Virus genome (UHGV): UHGV-1366976
Direction: 5' to 3' (one strand)
Source: a virus
DNA: 64,000 bases
Shown one piece after another: positions 50,117 through 57,715 of this stretch. Made by a program: the position numbers and the translations under genes. Position 1 is the stretch's first letter, and every line of letters begins with the position of its first letter. Under the pieces are notes generated by a model. The model was not told where the DNA came from and did no database searches. It saw nothing but the letters and a program-made list of their open reading frames with translations.

Positions 50117-50284
50117 ATGAAAGCAAGAGAAGTAAAACAAATCACATTTAAAGGTAAGAAATATCTAGCTGTTTTAATAGATAGTTACTACTATGAGGTA
50201 GACAATAACAGTTATTTAACCTATAAAAAGATATGCTATAGTAAAGAAGAAATAGTAATAACAGATAATGGAGAATTAAATTAA
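50117..50284 (+). CDS. Small ORF (55 aa), unlisted; first gene of the + strand block
   Basis: MKAREVKQITFKGKKYLAVLIDSYYYEVDNNSYLTYKKICYSKEEIVITDNGELN. Ends 1 nt before the next ATG and sits downstream of the promoter motif. Confidence 0.4.
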   Translation: MKAREVKQITFKGKKYLAVLIDSYYYEVDNNSYLTYKKICYSKEEIVITDNGELN

Positions 50285-50285
50285 T

Positions 50286-50975
50286 ATGAAGTCAGATATT
50301 ATTTATAAAATAGGCACAGCAGAATTTAGAAAAAGATATATAGATCCTGCTATTAAAAGTGGTAAAATCACTTATGATTATAAATTAAGATATGGAACAC
50401 AAGCTTTTAGAGAAGAATGTATGAAATATAGTAATATTGCAGACAAATTTGATTTTAGCACATGTACTTTTGAAGATTATACAGAAACTGGTAATAAAGT
50501 AATTTTAGAGAAAAAAATTGATAAAAACTCAATAACTATCAACTACAATAGACCATTTACTGAAAAACATGTTATAGAACCAGACTATATAGACTATGGG
50601 TTACTTCTCAATATATATTTTGATAATCCAGAAGAAAAATTAATAAGATTTAAAACAAATATAAACTCTAAAGGTTTTGAAATATATTCTTATCCAGAAT
50701 ATTTTAACACTTATTGGTATACTGAAATGTATTTAGTTGAAAATGGTAATGAAGATTATCCAGAAGAATTATTTCTTAAAGAAATTAACATTTCAGGTAG
50801 TGCAGATTTTAATGAAACTTTTTATTTTGAAACTTCTTTAAAGCAATTTAGAATTGAATGTTTGATATATGCTAGTGGAAGTCTTAATGATTCACTTGAT
50901 AACATTAAAGATGCTATAATAGATCTTGATACAGTTGGACCTGGAGAAGCAATAATTACTATAGAAAACCAATAA
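50286..50975 (+). CDS. Hypothetical protein
   Basis: 229-aa ORF. Confidence 0.45.
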   Translation: MKSDIIYKIGTAEFRKRYIDPAIKSGKITYDYKLRYGTQAFREECMKYSNIADKFDFSTCTFEDYTETGNKVILEKKIDKNSITINYNRPFTEKHVIEPDYIDYGLLLNIYFDNPEEKLIRFKTNINSKGFEIYSYPEYFNTYWYTEMYLVENGNEDYPEELFLKEINISGSADFNETFYFETSLKQFRIECLIYASGSLNDSLDNIKDAIIDLDTVGPGEAIITIENQ

Positions 50976-50990
50976 ATTTTTATAAATTTA

Positions 50991-51022
50991 TTTGGAATAG
51001 TCTAAAAATAATATTATCTTTG
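50991..51022 (+). promoter_or_regulatory. Bacteroidota-type promoter TTTG-N20-TATCTTTG
   Basis: TTTG 50991-50994, 20-nt spacer, TATCTTTG 51015-51022. The flanking sequence AATATTATCTTTGTA is shared with the 50.1 kb copy. Confidence 0.5.
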
Positions 51023-51051
51023 TATCATTGTTAAATTAAAAAGAAAAAGAT

Positions 51052-51207
51052 ATGATACAAACACTTTATATTGAGTTTGTTTTAAACAAACATAATAATA
51101 CAGCTTTAGAAAGAGCTATTAGAAAAGCAGCTGCTAAAGAATATCAAAAGATGTTCAAAGGAATTAGAGTTAGTTATATGGAAAGATTATTTAATAGAGT
51201 ATCTTAA
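51052..51207 (+). CDS. Small ORF (51 aa), unlisted
   Basis: MIQTLYIEFVLNKHNNTALERAIRKAAAKEYQKMFKGIRVSYMERLFNRVS. Lies between the promoter and the next gene. Confidence 0.35.
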   Translation: MIQTLYIEFVLNKHNNTALERAIRKAAAKEYQKMFKGIRVSYMERLFNRVS

Positions 51208-51209
51208 TT

Positions 51210-51461
51210 ATGGAAGCAAATAATTGGTGTAAAGAGACTGAGCCTGTTTTCTATTGTACCAAGTGTTTAAGCTTACATATTAAAAAAAATTCATATATAA
51301 GAAATGGAATTAAAAATGAAGGAAGTATATGTTGTAAATGTAGTTCTTTTAATATTAAGACTATTCCATTTAATAAATGGGTTCAGTTAGCAGAAGATAA
51401 AGGTATTAAAGTAGAGAGGCCAGCTAAATGGGCATATAAATTAAATTTAAATATAAAATAA
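51210..51461 (+). CDS. Zinc-ribbon protein
   Basis: CxxC...CxxC pairs CTKCLS ... CCKCSS. Confidence 0.4.
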   Translation: MEANNWCKETEPVFYCTKCLSLHIKKNSYIRNGIKNEGSICCKCSSFNIKTIPFNKWVQLAEDKGIKVERPAKWAYKLNLNIK

Positions 51462-51467
51462 AATAAC

Positions 51468-51788
51468 ATGGAGAAGAAGATTAAAATGCAAGTAGTAGAT
51501 AAAGAAGAAAATAAAAAATTAGAATCTCAAGAAACATGTAAGGCCAATACATGTAAAGATGAAGGTCCAGTGCCATTGATGGAAGATGAAAATCCTGTTG
51601 CACATATCACTAAACTATATGAAGAAAATAAATTTCTAAAGCAACAGCTTCATAATATCTCTAGACTAGAGATTATCTTAGAGGTTTTAAAGATTGGTAA
51701 TTGGGATGAACAGTTTGAAAGCATACTAAGGAATGAAGTAAAAAAAGCTTTTGGGTTACATGATAAGGAAAATAACAATCAAGAGTGA
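51468..51788 (+). CDS. Hypothetical protein
   Basis: 106-aa ORF. Confidence 0.4.
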   Translation: MEKKIKMQVVDKEENKKLESQETCKANTCKDEGPVPLMEDENPVAHITKLYEENKFLKQQLHNISRLEIILEVLKIGNWDEQFESILRNEVKKAFGLHDKENNNQE

Positions 51789-52110
51789 TGAAGAAAATTT
51801 TCTTAGAAACTATCTAAAAGTTATCAGACCTATTAGTAAATTAACAGAAGGTGAAGAAAGAGTTTTAATTGTTTTAGAGAAATTGTGTAGAATAGAAAAA
51901 ACAAGGAACTTATTTAAAATTGTTAAACTCAATAAACCAATAATATGTGAGCAGCTAGGGATTACACAAAGATCTCTAGCTACTCTTTTATCTTGTCTTA
52001 GAAAGAAACAAGCTATAATTGATGGGGAATTAAATCCTAGTATAGTTTTATTTGATGATTTTTATAAATATGAAGATTTGACACTAAAACTAGAATTTAA
52101 ACATGAATAA
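51751..52110 (+). CDS. Putative helix-turn-helix DNA-binding protein
   Basis: Segment ICEQLGITQRSLATLLSCLRKKQAI has an HTH-like pattern. Confidence 0.35.
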   Translation: MGYMIRKITIKSDEENFLRNYLKVIRPISKLTEGEERVLIVLEKLCRIEKTRNLFKIVKLNKPIICEQLGITQRSLATLLSCLRKKQAIIDGELNPSIVLFDDFYKYEDLTLKLEFKHE

Positions 52111-52354
52111 TATATATAGAGAGGCTTCTAAGAAATTTAATATTACACAAGCTCAAGCAGAAAATATCTATTTAAGTGTTTTTAAGTTTATTAAAAGCAC
52201 TATAAAAGATTTAGACTATAATAATATAGAAGATCAAAAACATTCTTTTATATTGCCTCATTTAGGTAAAATAAGGGTAAATGTAGAGAGAGTAAAAAAA
52301 TTCACAGAATTATATAAAGAAAGAACAAATGGAGAAGATTGTACCTATTCATAA
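52103..52354 (+). CDS. HU/IHF-like DNA-binding protein
   Basis: N-terminus MNNIYREASKKFNITQAQAENIYLSVFKFIKSTIKD parallels the HU/IHF N-terminal helices (..LTKAQAKAAVDAFFDTI..). 83 aa. Confidence 0.4.
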   Translation: MNNIYREASKKFNITQAQAENIYLSVFKFIKSTIKDLDYNNIEDQKHSFILPHLGKIRVNVERVKKFTELYKERTNGEDCTYS

Positions 52355-52703
52355 TGCTATTATAACCACAGCAAATAGATATACTAAAGAAGATATTGAT
52401 AAAACAGAATCTGGATTGATTCTACTAGATAAACAAGAAGGAGTTATTAAACTTAGACAAACTATTTTAGCTGTAGGAGGTACAGCTAGTAGAGAATTAA
52501 AAGTAGGGGATGTAGTTGAAATTAATCCTAAAAATTATATTAGGAGAGAACAGAGGAAGAAAGCTTTTCAACCTGATCTTTCTAAAGAAGAATATGGTTG
52601 GGAATATTTTTTAGATCTACCTATTGAAAAATCAGAAGATCAAGAGATTCTTTTTCTATATGATTCAGATGTTAGATATAAAGTGATAACAGAGGAAGCT
52701 TAA
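52329..52703 (+). CDS. Hypothetical protein
   Basis: 124-aa ORF. Confidence 0.4.
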   Translation: MEKIVPIHNAIITTANRYTKEDIDKTESGLILLDKQEGVIKLRQTILAVGGTASRELKVGDVVEINPKNYIRREQRKKAFQPDLSKEEYGWEYFLDLPIEKSEDQEILFLYDSDVRYKVITEEA

Positions 52704-52719
52704 AGCTTCCTCTTTTTTT
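52692..52719 (+). terminator. Rho-independent terminator
   Basis: Perfect 9-bp stem GAGGAAGCT(52692-52700)/AGCTTCCTC(52704-52712) with a TAA loop (the stop codon), followed by a T7 run (52713-52719). Confidence 0.65.
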
Positions 52720-52726
52720 GTTTATT

Positions 52727-53302
52727 ATGAAATTATTTAAACTAGAAAATTGGAAAGTGGAAATAGCTCCAGAAGCATTAACTATAGTAGATTTTAAGGA
52801 GCTAGTTAAGAGAGATAAATCTAGAACAAAAGAGAATGCTATAAATGAATTGTCATTTATTTTTTTCTTTTGTGATAGTAGATCAGATTATCTTTATATA
52901 GATGATCCTACAGAAAGAATGGAAGCCATTAAAACAGATTTAAATTTACCTAAAAAATGGAAGCCAGATGAACTTGTAACTAAAGCTATGAACACTTATC
53001 TTAAATTGAGTGTGACTATTTTTTCTACAGCATTAGATGATGTTAGGGTCGCTATTAGAAAGATTACTCAGAATTTAAGAGAAGCTGATTATAAGAATAT
53101 GGATGCTAATGAAATTAATAAATCTACAAGTTCTATTAAACAAGTAGGACCTTTATTAAAAGAGTTTAAAGAACTAGAAAGAGAAGTATTAGCTGAAATT
53201 GAAGAGGACTCTATTACATCTAAAGATAGAACTATTCTAGACAGTGGGTTTAAAGCATTTAATGATATAGAAACTTTAAAAGGAATACAAGATGGTAACT
53301 AA
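52727..53302 (+). CDS. Hypothetical protein immediately upstream of terminase (candidate small terminase subunit by position)
   Basis: The six-frame track starts at a TTG (52718) inside the terminator T-run. The first ATG (52727, MKLFKLENWK...) is the more plausible start. Position upstream of TerL is the only functional evidence. Confidence 0.35.
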   Translation: MKLFKLENWKVEIAPEALTIVDFKELVKRDKSRTKENAINELSFIFFFCDSRSDYLYIDDPTERMEAIKTDLNLPKKWKPDELVTKAMNTYLKLSVTIFSTALDDVRVAIRKITQNLREADYKNMDANEINKSTSSIKQVGPLLKEFKELEREVLAEIEEDSITSKDRTILDSGFKAFNDIETLKGIQDGN

Positions 53303-56300
53303 TGCTGTAAATACAGAATTAACTCCTGAGTTTCTAGAAACATTAGCTAAAGAAGAGAGAACAGAACTATTAGACTATTTAAATAATTATCCATTTATAA
53401 GATGGATGATATCTCCAGATAGACCTTATGCTAAAGATCTAGAAAGAGATTCAGAAGGTAAAATTATAGTTAATGTGGTTAAACCTCACATATTAGAAAA
53501 TATGGATTATTTTAGAAAACCTGCATTAGCTTTTAAAAAACATGGTAAATATACTAATTTAAGACCTAATGGTAATCCAAATAGTCCATATATGAAATGG
53601 TTAAGAAAAGAAGTTCTTAAATGTTGGTATGGATGTAAGAGACCATCTGATGGTGAATGGATTACTGGTTATCATTATTTTTATTTAAATTATTCTCCAA
53701 TAGAAAGAGCTACAGCTAATATTAAAGATACTAATGCTGTAAATAGGGTTGTTGATTTTCCTGATATCTATGATGGAGATTATATATTTTTTCATTATAT
53801 AAATCAAGCTAGATATGGAGGAATGTATAATGAATATAAAGGAGGTCAACATTCAGCTTTAATAGCAGCTAGAGGAAAAGGAAAAATGCTTCCTAACTCT
53901 ACTATTGTATATACTCCAAATGGATATAAAGTGTGGAAGGATATACACCCAGGAGATTATTTATATGGAGATAATGGTAAGCCAACAAAAGTCTTGGAAG
54001 AATTTAATCATAAATCAAAGCCAATATATAAATTAACTTTAAAAGATGGAAGGACAGCATATGCTGGTTTAGAACATCTTTGGACTATAAAGTATGGAAA
54101 TAAGTTAATAACAGTAGATACACAGTGGATTATAGAAAATGGTTTTGGTAAAAGAACAATTAAAGGAAAATGTCATAAACCTATTGAATGTAAAGCTTTT
54201 TTGCCTATAAATAAAGCAATAGAAATTCCTTATAAAGAAGTTTCTATAGATCCTTATCTATTAGGTTTAATTTTGGGGGATGGATGTTTAGGATATGCTA
54301 ATAGTAAAGGAGTATTATTTTCTTCTACAGTTAAAGATCAGAAAACTTATGAGAAATTATTAAATACTAAAATTAGAGAATATAAAAACAGTAATTGTTT
54401 TATAGAAAGTGCAAATATTAAAAATAAATTGATTGAATTAGGTTTATATAAAACAAAATCTGATAATAAATTTATTCCAGATATCTATAAATATAATTCT
54501 AAAGAAGTTAGATTAGAAATCTTAAAAGGATTAATGGATACTGATGGTTCTGCTTTTAGTAGTGGTATAGAATATATCTCTAAATCTAAACAATTAGCAG
54601 AAGATGTACTTTGGATTGGAAGATCTTTAGGAATAAGAGGAACACTTAATTCTAAGTTTGTAAAATATAAAGATGAAATTAAAGAATATTTTAGGGTTAG
54701 ATTTATAACTACTGAAACTATCTTTAAACTTCCTAGAAAAATAGAAAAAATAAAACAAAGAAATTCTAATTATTTAAAGAATCAAGAAAACTATGTAGCA
54801 ATTACTTCTATAGAATATTCTTATAATGAAGATGCTAAATGTGTAATAGTGGACAATGATTCTCATTTATTTTTAATGAATGACTTTATTGTTACTCATA
54901 ATTCATTTAAAGTAGCATCTATGGCTACTAGAAATTTTATCTTAGGAGAAAATAAAGAAGTTTGTGAAAAAGTAAAATCTGTTGTTGTAGCTAGTAATAC
55001 AGAATATTTAAGAAAAGATGGTACTTTAAATAAGATATTAGCTATGACAGATTTCTTGGCTTTAAACACACAATATCCATCTAGTAGATTAAAATCTTCT
55101 AATCAAGAAATGCATTGGATTATGGGATTTAAAGATACTAGAAATAAAGATGTAGCTTTAGGAACTAGAAATGAAATTATAGGATTATCACTAAATAATG
55201 ATTCTGATAAAGCCAGAGGTAAAAGATCTCATTTAATGATATGGGAAGAATTTGGTATGTTTCCTGGTTTTATAGATGCATGGAACACTAGTAGACCTAA
55301 TGTAGAAGAAGGTGGATATTCTTTTGGACAAGCAATTGCTTTAGGAACAGGAGGCTGTGTTTGTGCAGGTTCTAAAATATATACTAGCTCTGGAGATATA
55401 AAAAATATTGAAGATCTTAAAAAAGAAGATGGAATTATAGGATATGATACAAAATTAAAAAAATATTCTAAAGAAACTGTTTCTTATATACAACCTTTAC
55501 AAAAAAAGGAATGTGTAGAGATAACTACTTCTTTTAATAAAAAATTAAGATGTAGTATAGATCATCCTATTTTTGTTAAAAATAAGTTTATAGAAGCTGG
55601 AAATCTAAAAATTGGAGACAGAATTAAAATAGTTGAAGAAATTCCATTATTTGGAACATACAGTCCTAAATATCCAAGAGTTATAGGTTGGGTAATAGGA
55701 GATGGTTCTTATGGGAATAATCAATCTACTAGACTGTCTAATTGTGAGCCTGAAATTCTAGATTTTATAAAAAATAATTTTGAATATAACATTCAAAGAG
55801 AGTACATTACAAAATTAGGAAAAACATTTCAAGAAATTGCAATTAAAGGATTTAATAAATATCTAAGAGAAGAAGGAATTTATGGTCAAACTAAATTAAA
55901 TAAAACTTTTCCAAATAAGATTGGTCAATATTCAAAAGAAGCTTTGTCTGAACTTATTGGAGGTTTTTTTGATACAGATGGATATGTAAATTTAAGAAAA
56001 GCAGACAATAAAGATTTGGCAGAAATATCAATTTCTTCTGCTTCTAAAGAATTACTATCTTTTTTAGGGTTATTGCTTATAAAATTTGGAATACATGGTA
56101 GAATTAGGGAAAGACTGCCTAGAAAAAATAATCCTAAAGACAAACATTCTTGGTTTGAATATACTATATCTGACAGTATTAGTTTATTAAATTTTTGTCA
56201 CAATATAAAACTTTATCCTAAAATAAAACAGGAAAGATTAAATAAAATTAAAGAATTATTTTCCACAAAAAAACCTACTTCTAAAAGAGAAGAAAAAATC

Positions 56301-57623
56301 ATTGATATAAAAAATATAGGTTTACAAACTATTTATAATTTAACTGCAGATAATACTCATACTTATATAGCTAATGGTATAGTAACTCATAATACTGAAG
56401 GATCAGATTTTAGTGGTGCTTTAGAAATGATTTATAATCCCTTAGGATATAATGTTTATGGAGTTCCCAATATGTTTGATAAAGGAACATCTGGAGGTTC
56501 TAAATCTATTCTCTTTATAGGAGAATATATGAATAGAAAAGGATGTTATGATAAAAATGGAAATTCAGATGTTATTAAAGCTGTTTTAGAAGAAGTCAAA
56601 GAAAGAGTATTTATCAAATATAATTCTACAGATCCTTCTACTATTGCACAAAGAATAGCTGAACATCCTATGTCTATTCAAGAAGCTGTAATGAGAAGAG
56701 ATGGTACATTATTTCCTGTAGCTGATTTAACAGACCATCTTAATTATATAGAATCAAATAAAATAGAATGGCATAGAGGTCATTTAGTTGGAGAACTATA
56801 TCAAGATCCTGAAGGAAATATTTCTTTTAGACCAACAGATGATGATCCTATTAGAGATTTTCCCTTAAAAGATAATAGACATAAAGGAGCATTAGAAATA
56901 TATGAATTGCCTAAAGAAGTTAATGGAAAGGTGCCTAGTTATAGGTATGTTGGTGGTATTGACCCTATTGATGATGATCATAGTACAACTGTATCTCTTC
57001 CCAGTATATTTATCCTTGACATGTTCACTGATAGGATTGTAGCTGAATATACAGGTAGACCTGATTTTGCAGATGATTTTTATGAAATATGTAGAAGATT
57101 AGCTATTTTCTATAATGCTTCATTAAATTATGAGAATGATAAAAAAGGTTTATTTACATATTTTTCAAATCATCATTGCACTCATTTACTATGTGATACT
57201 CCAGATATTTTAAGAGATGTAGAATTGGTAAAATCTTCTATGTATGGTAATAAATCTAAAGGTACTAATTCAGGAAAACAAGTAAATGCTTATGCTAGAA
57301 GACTTATTAGAGATTGGCTATTAATGCCTGTAAAACAAACTAAAGTTGAATTAGATGAACATGGTGATGAGGTAGAGAAAATTACCACTGTTAAAAATCT
57401 ACAAAGATTAAGAGGAATAGCTTTAATAAAAGAACTTATAATGTGGAATCCTGATATAAATGCAGATAGAGTTTCTGCTTTAGGTATGTTGATGATTATT
57501 AGAGAGAATAATATGAAATATCTTCCAGGAGAAGGAACATCTATTGGTAAAAAAACTAGAAAGAATTATCTAGGTAATGATCCTTTCTTTACTAGTAATT
57601 TTGCTAATAATTCTTTTTGGTAA
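53292..57623 (+). CDS. terL: Terminase large subunit precursor containing two inteins
   Basis: Extein motifs: P-loop ARGKGK(S), Walker B HLMIWEEFG, nuclease-domain VGGIDPIDDDHS. Two in-frame LAGLIDADG-containing insertions end in HN|S and HN|T. Confidence 0.75.
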   Translation: MVTNAVNTELTPEFLETLAKEERTELLDYLNNYPFIRWMISPDRPYAKDLERDSEGKIIVNVVKPHILENMDYFRKPALAFKKHGKYTNLRPNGNPNSPYMKWLRKEVLKCWYGCKRPSDGEWITGYHYFYLNYSPIERATANIKDTNAVNRVVDFPDIYDGDYIFFHYINQARYGGMYNEYKGGQHSALIAARGKGKMLPNSTIVYTPNGYKVWKDIHPGDYLYGDNGKPTKVLEEFNHKSKPIYKLTLKDGRTAYAGLEHLWTIKYGNKLITVDTQWIIENGFGKRTIKGKCHKPIECKAFLPINKAIEIPYKEVSIDPYLLGLILGDGCLGYANSKGVLFSSTVKDQKTYEKLLNTKIREYKNSNCFIESANIKNKLIELGLYKTKSDNKFIPDIYKYNSKEVRLEILKGLMDTDGSAFSSGIEYISKSKQLAEDVLWIGRSLGIRGTLNSKFVKYKDEIKEYFRVRFITTETIFKLPRKIEKIKQRNSNYLKNQENYVAITSIEYSYNEDAKCVIVDNDSHLFLMNDFIVTHNSFKVASMATRNFILGENKEVCEKVKSVVVASNTEYLRKDGTLNKILAMTDFLALNTQYPSSRLKSSNQEMHWIMGFKDTRNKDVALGTRNEIIGLSLNNDSDKARGKRSHLMIWEEFGMFPGFIDAWNTSRPNVEEGGYSFGQAIALGTGGCVCAGSKIYTSSGDIKNIEDLKKEDGIIGYDTKLKKYSKETVSYIQPLQKKECVEITTSFNKKLRCSIDHPIFVKNKFIEAGNLKIGDRIKIVEEIPLFGTYSPKYPRVIGWVIGDGSYGNNQSTRLSNCEPEILDFIKNNFEYNIQREYITKLGKTFQEIAIKGFNKYLREEGIYGQTKLNKTFPNKIGQYSKEALSELIGGFFDTDGYVNLRKADNKDLAEISISSASKELLSFLGLLLIKFGIHGRIRERLPRKNNPKDKHSWFEYTISDSISLLNFCHNIKLYPKIKQERLNKIKELFSTKKPTSKREEKIIDIKNIGLQTIYNLTADNTHTYIANGIVTHNTEGSDFSGALEMIYNPLGYNVYGVPNMFDKGTSGGSKSILFIGEYMNRKGCYDKNGNSDVIKAVLEEVKERVFIKYNSTDPSTIAQRIAEHPMSIQEAVMRRDGTLFPVADLTDHLNYIESNKIEWHRGHLVGELYQDPEGNISFRPTDDDPIRDFPLKDNRHKGALEIYELPKEVNGKVPSYRYVGGIDPIDDDHSTTVSLPSIFILDMFTDRIVAEYTGRPDFADDFYEICRRLAIFYNASLNYENDKKGLFTYFSNHHCTHLLCDTPDILRDVELVKSSMYGNKSKGTNSGKQVNAYARRLIRDWLLMPVKQTKVELDEHGDEVEKITTVKNLQRLRGIALIKELIMWNPDINADRVSALGMLMIIRENNMKYLPGEGTSIGKKTRKNYLGNDPFFTSNFANNSFW
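53898..54902 (+). mobile_element. Intein 1 in TerL (LAGLIDADG homing-endonuclease intein; N-terminal boundary +/- 4 codons)
   Basis: Inserted in the P-loop (ARGKGKMLPN|S...). Block B-like GLEHLW. LAGLIDADG motifs LLGLILGDGCLG and ILKGLMDTDGSA. C-terminal IVTHN|SFKV (His-Asn + Ser). Confidence 0.6.
55356..56393 (+). mobile_element. Intein 2 in TerL (346 aa, LAGLIDADG homing-endonuclease intein)
   Basis: N-terminal block A CVCAGSKI (C-V-x-x-G-S-x-I), block B SIDHP. LAGLIDADG motifs VIGWVIGDGSYG and LIGGFFDTDGYV. C-terminal IVTHN|TEGS. Confidence 0.7.
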
Positions 57624-57668
57624 TTTAGCTATAAAAAATTCAATTTTTTCAAATAAAATCATATAACT

Positions 57669-57691
57669 TTTGTTAAAGAGTTATATCTTTG
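57669..57691 (+). promoter_or_regulatory. Possible promoter upstream of portal gene (TATCTTTG -7 box; atypical -33 spacing)
   Basis: TATCTTTG at 57684-57691, 25 nt before the portal ATG. The nearest TTTG is only 11 nt upstream, not the 20 nt seen at the other copies. Confidence 0.3.
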
Positions 57692-57715
57692 CAAAATATT
57701 AGAAATAAATAAAAT

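Noticed and set aside
52718-52726. TTG start used by the ORF track for the pre-terminase gene
   Set aside because: The TTG sits inside the T-run of the upstream terminator. The ATG at 52727 is the more plausible initiation codon.
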